A DNA stretch of 64,000 bases from Candidatus Moraniibacteriota bacterium (lineage in GTDB: Bacteria > Patescibacteriota > Minisyncoccia > Moranbacterales > UBA1568). The DNA lies in NCBI GenBank assembly GCA_013334575.1, contig JAAXXG010000002.1, positions 69,377-133,376 of the forward strand, read 5' to 3'. Within the stretch, counting starts at the first letter, position 1. Each line of letters starts with the position of its first letter. Both the position numbers and the translations under genes were made by a program. Positions 10,364 to 20,092 of the stretch are shown here, one piece after another. The notes below the pieces were generated by a model. The model ran no database searches. It was not told the origin of the DNA and worked only from the letters and a program-made list of their open reading frames with translations.

Positions 10364-11629
10364 TCACTCCTTCCGCAGGGCTTCCATCGGAGAAAGACGG
10401 GAAGCGCGAACCGCGGGAGAGAGCCCGAACAGGACTCCTACCGCGACCGAGAACCCCGCCCCGAGCAGGAGCGAACGCGGTGTGAGTACAAGCGGAACGG
10501 AAAAGCCCGCGCGACCGAGGGCGAGCGACGACGCCCAGGTGAACGCGACACCGAGTGCGATACCGATAAGACCGCCGAGCCCCGTCACGATGACCGCCTC
10601 GACAAGAAACTGCGACAGGACGTCCCGTGATTTCGCACCGACCGCCTTGCGCAAGCCGATTTCGCCCGTACGCTCGGCAACTGAAACGTACATGACGTTC
10701 ATGATACCGACCCCCCCGACGATGAGCGAGATGGACGTGAGCGCGACCAGGAGGATCGAGATGGTCCCGACCACGTCGCCGAGGGTCTTCTGCGCCTCCT
10801 TGGTCGACGTCACCGCGAAATCGTCCCGCGATGGATCCTCGATATCGTGCTCCTTCCGAAGAAGCCGCGTGATGAGATCCACCGTCTCCTCCTCCCGTCC
10901 CGGGTCCTCCATGCGGACCGAGATCATCTGCACATAGTCGACACCGAGCAGCTTCTTCTGCAACGTCCGAATCGGAACGTATGCCATGGCGTCGAGGTCA
11001 AAGAAGGCGGCCGAGCCGCGTTTCCCGAGCGTGCCGATCACCCGGTACCGCTCTCCGGAAATCGTGACAGACTCCCCGACCGCGTCGCGGTCCCCGAAGA
11101 ACGACCGCTTCACCCCGTATCCGAGGACGATGACCCTGGAAAGGCTCTCATCCTCCTCGGACGAATAGAACCGACCGCTCTCGAGCTTCAGGTTGGAATC
11201 GACGAGCGGCGCACCGGCGCCGGCGCCGAACAGCATGACCCGTTTTCCGACGGAACCATAGGTAGCCCGTTCCTGCGCGATACTGCCGGCGTACGAAGCC
11301 AGGACGTTCGGTAGCCGATCGACCCGTTCCTCGTCGTCGAGCGTCAGCGTGGTTATCTGAATACCCTGCGCAATACCGCCGGAGTTTTCCGTCGAGGTCT
11401 TGCCGGTATTAGGCACCTTGACCTCGATCTGGATCAGGTCCGTCCCAAATGTCTCGACCAGGCCGGTGACATACCCCTTCACCCCGTCGCCGAGCGACAT
11501 GATCACGACTACCGCGAAGACACCGACGACCACGCCAAGCAGTGCGAGCGCGGTCCGCGCCTTGTGCGTACGGATGGTCCGGACCGCGAAGAGCACCGGA
11601 CGGAAAAAGGTGGATCGGAAGAGAGACAT
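10364..11629 (-). CDS. ABC transporter permease, MacB/FtsX family
   Basis: 421 aa. N-terminal TM helix, large extracytoplasmic domain and a C-terminal FtsX-like 3-TM bundle. Paralogous to 14954..16195. Confidence 0.8.
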   Translation of the reverse strand: MSLFRSTFFRPVLFAVRTIRTHKARTALALLGVVVGVFAVVVIMSLGDGVKGYVTGLVETFGTDLIQIEVKVPNTGKTSTENSGGIAQGIQITTLTLDDEERVDRLPNVLASYAGSIAQERATYGSVGKRVMLFGAGAGAPLVDSNLKLESGRFYSSEEDESLSRVIVLGYGVKRSFFGDRDAVGESVTISGERYRVIGTLGKRGSAAFFDLDAMAYVPIRTLQKKLLGVDYVQMISVRMEDPGREEETVDLITRLLRKEHDIEDPSRDDFAVTSTKEAQKTLGDVVGTISILLVALTSISLIVGGVGIMNVMYVSVAERTGEIGLRKAVGAKSRDVLSQFLVEAVIVTGLGGLIGIALGVAFTWASSLALGRAGFSVPLVLTPRSLLLGAGFSVAVGVLFGLSPAVRASRLSPMEALRKE

Positions 11630-11633
11630 GGCT

Positions 11634-12533
11634 TCAGGCGACCGGAGGGATACCCTTCGAGGCGGCGCGACGCCTCAGGAAGAGTATCGTCCGCGAGATG
11701 ATCCGGACGACGACGAGCGTCGCGACGAGCGCGACCGAACCGGCATACATGACCCGCGCCCATCCGTGAACGGAGTCCGTACCGCTCATGAACCCGTGCA
11801 GGACGAACAGCGGATAGGCGGCGAAGCTGGCATAATGGACGATACGCCATGACCGGGCCGGAAGCTTCGAACGGAATTCCGCGGTCAGGATAAGCGCGAC
11901 GACGAGATAGAACGCGATCACCCCGAGCGCGACCGGAATCCGGACATCGAACCCGGCGGAAGAGACGAGCCCCTCCCGGGAGAACAGAAACGGTACGAGC
12001 GCTTCGACCGGGGTCAGTCGGAGGAAGCCGTCGAACATGAGGCTCACGAAGTGGAGCACGACGGCGACCAGTCCGGCAAGCGATATCGATCGATGCAGTT
12101 CGTACGCATCCACACCGGGAATGAGACGGGTAAACGCACGCGACGAAATGATGAGGCCGAACACGACCGAAAGCGTAAGCAATCCGAAGGCGGCCACTCC
12201 CGCAGCACGACCGAAGTACCACGGATATTTCTCCGGCTGCCCGGAGATGCCCGGATCCGAGAAATCGCTCGCGGAAACGGTGCGGACGTCGGCGGACAAG
12301 GGGTCCGTCCCGTCGGTCACCTCCTGACCGTCCGATATGCCGTCCCCGTCCGTGTCGGCGTTCGCCGGGTCCGTGTGATAGATCGATATCTCCCCGTCAT
12401 CCGTCAACCCGTCGATATCGGCATCCTTGACCGCCGCCCGGGCGACGGATGTCAAAGAGAGCGTGATGATGATCGTGGCGACGGCAAGCGAAACGGAAAA
12501 CCGGCTATTTTTCGTCGGTTTCGGCATACACAT
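11634..12533 (-). CDS. exported Ca-binding-repeat protein with C-terminal ferric-reductase-like bis-His membrane domain
   Basis: Signal peptide, then D-x-D-x-DG repeats (DADIDGLTDDGE, DTDGDGISDGQE), then 5 TM helices with H-x14-H (HRSISLAGLVAVVLH) and H-x13-H (HYASFAAYPLFVLH). Confidence 0.5.
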   Translation of the reverse strand: MCMPKPTKNSRFSVSLAVATIIITLSLTSVARAAVKDADIDGLTDDGEISIYHTDPANADTDGDGISDGQEVTDGTDPLSADVRTVSASDFSDPGISGQPEKYPWYFGRAAGVAAFGLLTLSVVFGLIISSRAFTRLIPGVDAYELHRSISLAGLVAVVLHFVSLMFDGFLRLTPVEALVPFLFSREGLVSSAGFDVRIPVALGVIAFYLVVALILTAEFRSKLPARSWRIVHYASFAAYPLFVLHGFMSGTDSVHGWARVMYAGSVALVATLVVVRIISRTILFLRRRAASKGIPPVA

Positions 12534-13467
12534 AGGGTTTCATGAGGTCATTATACATCGTCCGACCGTCATCCGTCACCAGGAACATCGGGAGCGCGTG
12601 TCGCCTCGCGAACGGTTCCGCCTCGGAGGAACCCAGGATACAGAGCGACTTGGCGAACGTCTCCGCGCGGATGACCGACTCCGAGACCACCGTCGCCGAA
12701 ACGATATCCGTCTCCGCGCTCTTCCCCGTCCTCGGATCGATCAGGTGGTGCCGGACCCTCCCGTCGACCGTCGTCCATCGGCGCCGATCGGTTCCGGATG
12801 TCGCCACCGCCCGGTCGGACAGGATGAGTAACGCCGCGGAACCCGACCTGCCGACCGGATCCGCAACGTCGATCGCCCAATACGGATTCCCCTTCTCCGC
12901 GTCTCCGCCGGCAGCAAACATGTCGCCGCCCGCATCGATCAGGAAATCGGTATATCCGCGCTCACGCAGGAGACACGCTGCCCGATCGACCGCATACCCC
13001 TTCGCGATTCCGCCGAAATCGATCCGGACGCCGTCCGGCACGCGGACTTCGCCGTCCTCCCGGAGCACGATATCCCCGAACCGGAACGGCGCGACGGATC
13101 CGCGTTCTCCGAGAATCCCAAAAGCTTCGGTCCCGAAGCTACCGACGTATCCTTCGGACTCGAGCGACGGCAGAATCGCGGGATCGAAGAGTCCTTCCGT
13201 CTCCCGATAATACGAAAAGGAGTCCGCCAGCAAACGTCGGAACTCGGACGACGGGCGACGATTCGATCCGGCATTGAATCTCGACAGTTCGCTTTCCGGA
13301 TCGAATCGTCCGAACCGCCGTTCGACATCCCGGAACGAGACGAACACGTCGGCGAGATCACGAGACATGCGCCTCTCGTCTCGGCTACCGGAAACGAGCC
13401 TCACGAACACGTCGGTCCTCATGATCTCGCCGCGGAGCTCCCTTTCAACGGACCGGTAATCTTCCAT
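12505..13467 (-). CDS. apbE: FAD:protein FMN transferase (ApbE family)
   Basis: DFGGIAKGYAVD motif plus ApbE-like flanks. Start taken at MEDYRSV (rc ATG 13465-13467). The N-terminal extension of the ORF is Arg/Thr-rich read-through. Confidence 0.8.
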   Translation of the reverse strand: MEDYRSVERELRGEIMRTDVFVRLVSGSRDERRMSRDLADVFVSFRDVERRFGRFDPESELSRFNAGSNRRPSSEFRRLLADSFSYYRETEGLFDPAILPSLESEGYVGSFGTEAFGILGERGSVAPFRFGDIVLREDGEVRVPDGVRIDFGGIAKGYAVDRAACLLRERGYTDFLIDAGGDMFAAGGDAEKGNPYWAIDVADPVGRSGSAALLILSDRAVATSGTDRRRWTTVDGRVRHHLIDPRTGKSAETDIVSATVVSESVIRAETFAKSLCILGSSEAEPFARRHALPMFLVTDDGRTMYNDLMKPYVYAETDEK

Positions 13468-13927
13468 ATGCGTCAACGATGCCGTCGTGATCGGCGTCGG
13501 TCCCGTTCTCGGAATAGGCCAGGTCGTCCTCGTCGGGATGCCGATCGAATACGTTCGGGACGGCATCGCCATCGTCGTCCGTGAAGTACTCCCATTGCGG
13601 AACCTTCGGGTCCGGATCGAGCGCATCGACCAGCCGGTCGCCATCGGAATCCGTCCGGTACTCTTCCGGCATCACGAGGACCGTCCTCGTCACCTGTCGC
13701 GTCTCGTATCGCGTCTCCCAGACCGTGACCGTCCCGCCGGATGAGGATCCGTCACCGTCATCTTCCCCGTCATCATCCTCCCCGTCATCTTCGTCGTCCT
13801 CGCCGAGCACATACGCCTGCTGGACGAACCCGGATGGGATACGAAATGACGGCACGAGCACCGAGACGACTGCCGACAGCATCGCGAACGTCGCGATCAA
13901 CAGCATCCGGAACCTCAGTCGTTCCAT
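13445..13927 (-). CDS. membrane-anchored acidic Asp-rich repeat protein (putative Ca-binding)
   Basis: N-terminal TM/signal, then an EDDEDDGEDDDGEDDGDG run and DSDGDRLVD, DDDGDAVPN, DADHDGIVD repeats. Confidence 0.45.
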   Translation of the reverse strand: MERLRFRMLLIATFAMLSAVVSVLVPSFRIPSGFVQQAYVLGEDDEDDGEDDDGEDDGDGSSSGGTVTVWETRYETRQVTRTVLVMPEEYRTDSDGDRLVDALDPDPKVPQWEYFTDDDGDAVPNVFDRHPDEDDLAYSENGTDADHDGIVDAYGRLPVR

Positions 13928-13932
13928 ACGCG

Positions 13933-14346
13933 TCAGGATGATGATTTCGTCGTCCGACTGCTCGACGGCTTCGTCACCGGAACCTGGACCGGTACCGTCT
14001 CGGTGACCGTCTTGGTCGTCGTCTGCCGGCTCTCCTCGACGAGCGCCGGTTGCCTGCCGAGCAGTTCGTCATATCTCGCGCGGGCATCCTCCATGAGGCG
14101 GCGGAGTCCGTCGCGCTCGGAGGCGATCCGACCGAGGTATGCCTCTCTCGCGTCGCCCTGCACGCGCAGTGACGTGAGAAAATCGTCGAGCCTCGCGTCC
14201 CGGGCCTCGAGCCGCTTTTCCTCCTCTCCATGTAACACGGCGAACGTCGCTCCCCCGAGCAGTGCGAGCGATGCCGCCGCGACAACCGACCTGATTTCCC
14301 AGATCCGTTTCATCTCCGTCACGTTAGTACTCGTATCATACCACAA
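13933..14346 (-). CDS. hypothetical membrane-anchored coiled-coil protein
   Basis: TM segment followed by a charged helical region. 137-aa ORF. Confidence 0.35.
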   Translation of the reverse strand: MWYDTSTNVTEMKRIWEIRSVVAAASLALLGGATFAVLHGEEEKRLEARDARLDDFLTSLRVQGDAREAYLGRIASERDGLRRLMEDARARYDELLGRQPALVEESRQTTTKTVTETVPVQVPVTKPSSSRTTKSSS

Positions 14347-14357
14347 AAAAGACCGGA

Positions 14358-14603
14358 CTACGGTCCGGCCTCGATCTCCCGAACACTCCGCACAGCCTCC
14401 TGCCCGGGAGCTTCTTCGGATTCGACGCGCTCCTCGATGCTCTCGTCGTTCATGCCGCTCACGACCGAGACCAAGTCCCTGACCCTGGGATGTTCCATGA
14501 ACGGGCTCGACGGAGCGATAACAAGCGATACGAGAAAGGTCGCCACCAGCATGGCGCGGTATCGTTTCCTGATTCGGTGAAAACCTCGCTTCATACGCCG
14601 CAA
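14358..14603 (-). CDS. hypothetical small protein
   Basis: 81-aa ORF with a basic N-terminus and one hydrophobic helix. Confidence 0.3.
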   Translation of the reverse strand: MRRMKRGFHRIRKRYRAMLVATFLVSLVIAPSSPFMEHPRVRDLVSVVSGMNDESIEERVESEEAPGQEAVRSVREIEAGP

Positions 14604-14615
14604 AACATCATCTTC

Positions 14616-14867
14616 TTACGAGGCACGCGTCGAGCGAGTCGGCGTCGGCACCGACTGAGTCGCCGCTTCGCCCTTCGATACCGTGGTTGCCGTACCGGAC
14701 GAAGCACCGGCACCGGTCGATACGTCCAGAGCCGACGGACGGGACGCCGGTACCGTCGATCCTGTCGACGACTTCACTTCGGTCTTCGAGAAGACCCAGA
14801 GGAAGACTCCGCCGAATATTCCCGCCACAGCGAGTGTCGATATCACGATTATACCGATCCTTTTCAT
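14616..14867 (-). CDS. hypothetical small membrane-anchored Ser/Thr-rich protein
   Basis: MKRIGIIVISTLAVAGIFGGVFLWVF TM helix followed by an S/T/A-rich tail. Confidence 0.35.
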   Translation of the reverse strand: MKRIGIIVISTLAVAGIFGGVFLWVFSKTEVKSSTGSTVPASRPSALDVSTGAGASSGTATTVSKGEAATQSVPTPTRSTRAS

Positions 14868-14953
14868 ACCATTGGTACGTTACCGTTTTTCGGAACCCGT
14901 CGCGGTCTCCCAACCGCTCCACCGGATACTACGGGCGCTCCGAAACCAGGTTT

Positions 14954-16195
14954 TCACTCGTACCGCAGCGCCTCTATAGGCGGAATCCGCGATGCTCGCC
15001 ACGCAGGAAAAAGCCCGAAGACGAATCCGACCGAGAGCGACACGGCGAGTCCAATAAGAACGGACGATACGGGAACGATAAACTCCCACTCATACCCGAG
15101 CCGCGGGATGATGACCGACGCCAGGTAGGCCACAAGGATACCGAACGCGACCCCTGCCGCCCCGCCGAGCCCCGCAATGAACGCCGACTCGATAAGGAAC
15201 TGTGTCATGATGTGACGCGGCCGGGCACCGACCGCCTTGCGCAGGCCGACCTCGCGGATGCGCTGATTCACCGCGATGAGCATCGAGTTCATGATGCCGA
15301 TCCCGCCGACGAGCAGTGAGATGGAGGCGATCGCCGTCAGGAAGTACGTGAGCACGTTCGTGACGTTTCCCAGGACCTCGAGCGCCTGTGCGGTGCTGCG
15401 GACCGAAAAGTCCGACTCTTCGCCATCCTCGAGATCGTGCCGGTCGCGCAGGAGTGTCGCGATGTCCTCCATCGCGCGGTCGATGTGCGACGTGTCGTCG
15501 ATCTTGGCACGGGCGAAGTTGAGGTAGTCGATGCCAAGCAGCGTCTTCTGCGCCGTCGCGAGCGGGACATAGACGAGGTTGTCCGGATTGGAAAACGTGG
15601 ACGACCCGCGAGCCGCCAGCACGCCGACCACGCGGAACGGGATATCCTTGATGACGAGCGTCGATCCGAGCGCGCCGCCGTTCGGAAACAGCTCATCGGC
15701 CCGCGTCGAGCCGAGCACGGCGACACGGGAGAGATCCTCTTCTTCCTCGAGGAAGAAGAATCTCCCCTCGGAGACCTCCATGTTCTCGATCGAGACCGCA
15801 TCCGGCGACACCCCCTGATAACTCGTCACGAAGGACTCCCCGGACGACTCGACCACCGCCGATCCCGAGACGTAGCCGCTCGCGGCGACCAGATCCGGCA
15901 CGTTGGCCTTCTGGCGAAGCGCCTTGAGATCCCCGTTCTTGAGCGTGGTCGTAACGATGCCCATCGCGCTCGCCGGCGGTCCGTTCTCTTCCGACGCGCC
16001 GGGAAGGATGCCGACGAGGTTCGACCCGACCTTCTCGACCTGCGAGAGGATGAGTGCCTGCGCCGAGGCGCCGATCGACATGACGAGGATGACCGCCGCG
16101 ACCCCGATGACGACGCCGAGCACGGTCAGGAAGAACCGCAGTTTGGCGGCACGGAGCGAACGAAGCGCGATCTTGATCGGATCGGAGAATTTCAT
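14954..16195 (-). CDS. ABC transporter permease, MacB/FtsX family
   Basis: 413 aa. Same architecture as 10364..11629. Sits immediately downstream of the ATPase gene. Confidence 0.8.
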   Translation of the reverse strand: MKFSDPIKIALRSLRAAKLRFFLTVLGVVIGVAAVILVMSIGASAQALILSQVEKVGSNLVGILPGASEENGPPASAMGIVTTTLKNGDLKALRQKANVPDLVAASGYVSGSAVVESSGESFVTSYQGVSPDAVSIENMEVSEGRFFFLEEEEDLSRVAVLGSTRADELFPNGGALGSTLVIKDIPFRVVGVLAARGSSTFSNPDNLVYVPLATAQKTLLGIDYLNFARAKIDDTSHIDRAMEDIATLLRDRHDLEDGEESDFSVRSTAQALEVLGNVTNVLTYFLTAIASISLLVGGIGIMNSMLIAVNQRIREVGLRKAVGARPRHIMTQFLIESAFIAGLGGAAGVAFGILVAYLASVIIPRLGYEWEFIVPVSSVLIGLAVSLSVGFVFGLFPAWRASRIPPIEALRYE

Positions 16196-16390
16196 GTATC
16201 AGACAGCGATGAGCAGATAACATTTAACGACAGACTATGAGATTCAACTCGATGAAAAAATATGAATACATCGACTATCAATCCTCGAGACCTTTTCGTC
16301 CGTAATGATACCGATGGCCGGAAAATGGAATAATTACAGGACTTCATTTCGGTGCCCCGTTATCTGTTCATCGATATCTGTTATCTGACC

Positions 16391-17113
16391 TTATTTCAAC
16401 GTCACCTCGCCGTCCCGGGCGATACGGCGGTTCGTAACCGGCTCGTCGCCGACGATGCGCCCGTCCGCGACACGGAGGATGCGCTTGGCATGCTCCGCGG
16501 TCAGCGTCTCGTGCGTCACGAGGATGACCGTCCGCCCCGCATCATTGAGCTGCTGAAGGATCTTCATGACCTGGAGCCCCGACTTCGAATCGAGGTTTCC
16601 AGTCGGCTCGTCCGCGAAGACGATGTCCGGATCGTTCACGAGCGCGCGGGCGATCGCTACACGCTGCTTCTCGCCACCGGAAAGCTGTCCGGAAAAGTAC
16701 TTCGCCCGGTGGGTCATGCCGACTGCCTCGAGTGCCGCCGCGACGCGCTTCCCGTTCCGCTCGGTCGGATCCTCGTCGTAGAGAAGCGGCAACTCGACGT
16801 TCTCCTCGACCGTCGTCTTGGGCAGCAGGTTGAACGCCTGGAACACGAACCCGATCCGTCGGTTCCGGAGTCCCGCGAGCTCGTCGTCGGAAAGCTCGGT
16901 CGCGTTGCGGCCGTCGAGCAGGTAGGTCCCGCAGTCCGACCGTTCGAGCAGTCCCAGGATGTGCATAAGGGTCGACTTGCCCGAGCCCGAGGGTCCCATG
17001 ATCGCGACGAACTCCCCTTTCTCCACGGAGAACGACACGTCATGAAGCACGGAGGTCCGGACACCTTCGTTCTCGTACGTCTTGCAGAGATCCTTCACGG
17101 AGATGAGAGGCAT
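16391..17113 (-). CDS. ABC transporter ATP-binding protein (MacB/LolD-type)
   Basis: Walker [10 protein letters not shown], signature [15 protein letters not shown], Walker [13 protein letters not shown]. 240 aa. Confidence 0.85.
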   Translation of the reverse strand: MPLISVKDLCKTYENEGVRTSVLHDVSFSVEKGEFVAIMGPSGSGKSTLMHILGLLERSDCGTYLLDGRNATELSDDELAGLRNRRIGFVFQAFNLLPKTTVEENVELPLLYDEDPTERNGKRVAAALEAVGMTHRAKYFSGQLSGGEKQRVAIARALVNDPDIVFADEPTGNLDSKSGLQVMKILQQLNDAGRTVILVTHETLTAEHAKRILRVADGRIVGDEPVTNRRIARDGEVTLK

Positions 17114-17283
17114 GTCCGAAATAAAGCGTTATCGTTACCATTGTAACACAAATCCTTTCCAATGAACCGGAATGGACCAAGATCTCCGAGTCCGACCGAG
17201 AATCGTGTTTTTTCGATTTCACGAAAAAAACATAGCTCAATAAAGCCATGATTTCAGCCATTATTTCATTTCGACCCTATCCC

Positions 17284-17340
17284 ATTCTCCGCGATATTTC
17301 CGTCGAGGAACCGGGCGGTCGTATTCCTGATGTTCCCACT
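17284..17340 (-). pseudogene. duplicated fragment of the 3' end of nucleotidyltransferase gene 17873..18373
   Basis: About 90% identical to 17884..17940, which encodes the C-terminus EHQEYDRRFLDGYIANL, and carries a 1-nt indel. Lies downstream of the intervening 126-aa ORF. Confidence 0.5.
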
Positions 17341-17392
17341 CAAGCGGTTCTGATTAGCAAAAGATCCGCAAGTGATCTTTTGCTTGCGGATC

Positions 17393-17773
17393 TTATATCA
17401 CCGGAACCGATGGTGACGGATTCGATTCCCGCCACTCCTTAACACACTGCTCCACCGCGTCTTCATGATGCCGAACAGTCACGCTCACGTCTCCGATTTT
17501 CAGTACTTGTATTTTCATTACTTCTAAATATAATTGTCCCCCTTTCTCGACATGAAAAATATTATTTCCTAGCAAGTCGTCGGGTTTTTCCGTACAGATG
17601 ATAGTCGGAACGTCGATTATGCGGAAACACGCTCTTCCTCTAATTTTTCCGACATACGGCCCGATAAGCTCGCCGGATTCCCCTGGCTTGATGACGACAT
17701 CCGGTCCGTATTCGCAATCATGTACTGTCGCGTATGCGATCACGTTAAACGACGTTGCGTTGATAATTTTCAT
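17393..17773 (-). CDS. hypothetical protein (lower-GC ORF between direct repeats)
   Basis: 126-aa ORF, noticeably AT-richer than its flanks. Bounded by the two copies of the nucleotidyltransferase 3'-end repeat. Confidence 0.45.
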   Translation of the reverse strand: MKIINATSFNVIAYATVHDCEYGPDVVIKPGESGELIGPYVGKIRGRACFRIIDVPTIICTEKPDDLLGNNIFHVEKGGQLYLEVMKIQVLKIGDVSVTVRHHEDAVEQCVKEWRESNPSPSVPVI

Positions 17774-17872
17774 CCTACACCTCGGATTTATTTTTTGATG
17801 GATTATGCTGAAAAACTACAACCGATGAGAATACTGCCGTTTGAAAATATTGTCAACATCGGCAATATGTTC

Positions 17873-18373
17873 TCATCCTTTCCTCAAATTGGCGATATAT
17901 CCGTCAAGAAACCGGCGGTCGTATTCCTGATGTTCCCCGTCGAGGTGTTCCTTGTACTCGCGCAGCACCCGAGGGTCCATGAGCATGACAGAGACATTGT
18001 CGATCTCCATCCTCACGTCCGGATATCGGCCGTAGATCTCCCGGTTCCGGATCCACACCGCCCCGCCCTTGTCGCGCATGAGAAGCGTATCGGCGTCGGT
18101 CAGGTCGATGTCCTGTCCGTGATACGAGAGCGAGAGCGTCTCACAGTCCCACTTCTCGGTCAGATAGTGCTTCGGTCCCGCGACGATATACTCCTTCACA
18201 AGCGGGACGATGACCGGAAAAACCTTGCCGGAAATCGAGATGTCGATATCGTTCACCGGACGACCGGAACCGTAGAGCGCGGTCGCGAGTCCCCCGCCGA
18301 TCTGATACGGCACTCCGACCCCGTCGAGCACCCCGACAATCCATTTCATTGCATTGATGGTTTTCGTGATCAC
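17873..18373 (-). CDS. small nucleotidyltransferase, Lnu(A)/ANT-like family
   Basis: GGGLATALYGSGRPVNDIDISI matches the GG-x-G-x(n)-DIDI nucleotidyltransferase motif. 166 aa, similar in size to Lnu(A)-type enzymes (161 aa). Confidence 0.5.
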   Translation of the reverse strand: MITKTINAMKWIVGVLDGVGVPYQIGGGLATALYGSGRPVNDIDISISGKVFPVIVPLVKEYIVAGPKHYLTEKWDCETLSLSYHGQDIDLTDADTLLMRDKGGAVWIRNREIYGRYPDVRMEIDNVSVMLMDPRVLREYKEHLDGEHQEYDRRFLDGYIANLRKG

Positions 18374-18428
18374 ACACGTTCAAATATTATTTACCGATCC
18401 CGTGCCCCGATAAGAACATACCACCTCT

Positions 18429-19181
18429 TCACAAGACAGACACCCTTCCCAACAGCGGTCTCATGTAGTGATCAAACTTTCCCGGTCCGGACACCAGGAA
18501 TTCGCTGACGGACCCCTTCGGCAGATAGATGAGCGATCCGAATTCGGGAACCTCCCCCTTCTCGATCAGTTCCTCTTCAAACCGGGCATAATGCTCGGCA
18601 AATTCCGCCGCAGTCAACCGAAGCTTCAGCAAGAAAATCACCGCGATCGAATGGATGCCCGAATCATAACGAAGATACCCGGCATCAAGCCGCAGAACAG
18701 CCTTTCGGTCCTCGGACTCGATCCCGACTTCCTCCCGAAGCTCCCTCCCGATACCGTGTTTCATGTCGATTGCGTTTTCCCGAACATCTTCGAAGTCCAG
18801 ACCTCCGCCTACGCACTGGATATTTCCGGGATCGGACGTATGCTCGGCCATCCTGCCGAAAACGAGCACGTCATCCGCTGCCTCAATCAGACACGACGTA
18901 TGGATATTCTTGCAGGCGTACTTTTCAGGAAGCCCTACCCTCCTGGTATAGACATAGTGGGCATAATCCGAAAGATCGACAGCCACTCTCACCTCGCCGC
19001 CACGCTCTTCTATGCCCGAGATGGTAAAGACCTCGCCGCGAGTATACCGTTTCCCCTCCGCCATCAGTCCGTTCCAATACTCGTCGACCGCCTTTTGCGT
19101 CTCTGCCGGCAACATGAACCGATTCCCGGTATATGTCACGATCGGCTCGGACTTCAGTTCCAGAAGCGTATCTGACAGCAT
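18429..19181 (-). CDS. NUDIX-like hydrolase
   Basis: Nudix-box-like GGGLDFEDVRENAIDMKHGIGRELREEVGIE with the REx2EE core. Confidence 0.5.
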   Translation of the reverse strand: MLSDTLLELKSEPIVTYTGNRFMLPAETQKAVDEYWNGLMAEGKRYTRGEVFTISGIEERGGEVRVAVDLSDYAHYVYTRRVGLPEKYACKNIHTSCLIEAADDVLVFGRMAEHTSDPGNIQCVGGGLDFEDVRENAIDMKHGIGRELREEVGIESEDRKAVLRLDAGYLRYDSGIHSIAVIFLLKLRLTAAEFAEHYARFEEELIEKGEVPEFGSLIYLPKGSVSEFLVSGPGKFDHYMRPLLGRVSVL

Positions 19182-19201
19182 ATCGATACGGTTAAATAGG
19201 T

Positions 19202-19906
19202 CTAGGAAAGAATATTTGCGACCACTCTTACCATATCCTCGCGAAATGACCCGGTAAAGTCGTGCGTACCGGGAGTCGATATGACACGCATATCCGAAAG
19301 CGGGCGGGGAAGTTCGGCATCACCAAGAATCTCGTCATCCTGTGCCCGGACGAGGTACAGTTCGGTCTTCGCTGAAAATGCCTCATAGAGCGCAGGATGG
19401 TCGAGCGATTCTCGCTCCTTCCAGTACTCGGCTGGAACGATCGTAACCGTTCCGTCGGTGCGGGGCAATCGCGATACGCCATCAAGGTCGATGACCGCGC
19501 CCGGCTTTCCCTTGTAGCGCGCGATCGAACGGCGGATATCCGTCATGAACGGCGGAGCGAGAAATACCGCCTTTCGGATGCCGTCCGAATTCGCAAGCGC
19601 AGCCGTGATACAGCCCTGCGAATGTGCCACGAGGTCAATAACCGCTTCGGGATCCTGATTTCTGATTTCGCCGATCGTCTCGCTCAACCTCCGGACCTGA
19701 TCGCTAAACGGATGAACATGAAGTATCTTCCCGTCCTCGGACAGATCATTGTAGTCGAACATGACCGGAACGTATCCAACCCCGAGACCCTTCGCGATAT
19801 CCGCGAACAGCCCATCTCCGCCGCCATCCTTCCGCACGCCGAATCCGTGAGAAAAGACGACGTATCGGTGCATACCATGTTCAGGTAATTCTGTTTCGTC
19901 GTTCAT
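19202..19906 (-). CDS. alpha/beta-hydrolase fold protein
   Basis: Nucleophile elbow AHSQG (GxSxG). 234 aa. Confidence 0.55.
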   Translation of the reverse strand: MNDETELPEHGMHRYVVFSHGFGVRKDGGGDGLFADIAKGLGVGYVPVMFDYNDLSEDGKILHVHPFSDQVRRLSETIGEIRNQDPEAVIDLVAHSQGCITAALANSDGIRKAVFLAPPFMTDIRRSIARYKGKPGAVIDLDGVSRLPRTDGTVTIVPAEYWKERESLDHPALYEAFSAKTELYLVRAQDDEILGDAELPRPLSDMRVISTPGTHDFTGSFREDMVRVVANILS

Positions 19907-20057
19907 AAGAGTAATAAATACTCGGACCCGGCATCTGTCTTACCGGATTTGACCCGAAATACGTCTACCTCCATCCTGAAGTCAAACCTTTTCCCGCGAG
20001 CGTCAAAATTGATTCAGGATTACAGCGGAAATAGACAGCGCCTCCTTCAAGATTCTC

Positions 20058-20092
20058 ACACCGAAAACCCGCTTGTAAAGCGGGTTTCGCGA
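20058..20092 (-). terminator. intrinsic terminator downstream of 20169..20795
   Basis: Hairpin aaacccgcttgtaaagcgggttt, followed on the minus strand by TTTTCGG. The same stem recurs at 21352. Confidence 0.5.

Noticed and set aside
17357-17395. Hairpin gcaaaagatc-cgcaagt-gatcttttgc just downstream of ORF 17393..17773 as an intrinsic terminator
   Set aside because: No T-run follows on either strand. It may be a structural element of the inserted segment, but is not callable as a terminator.
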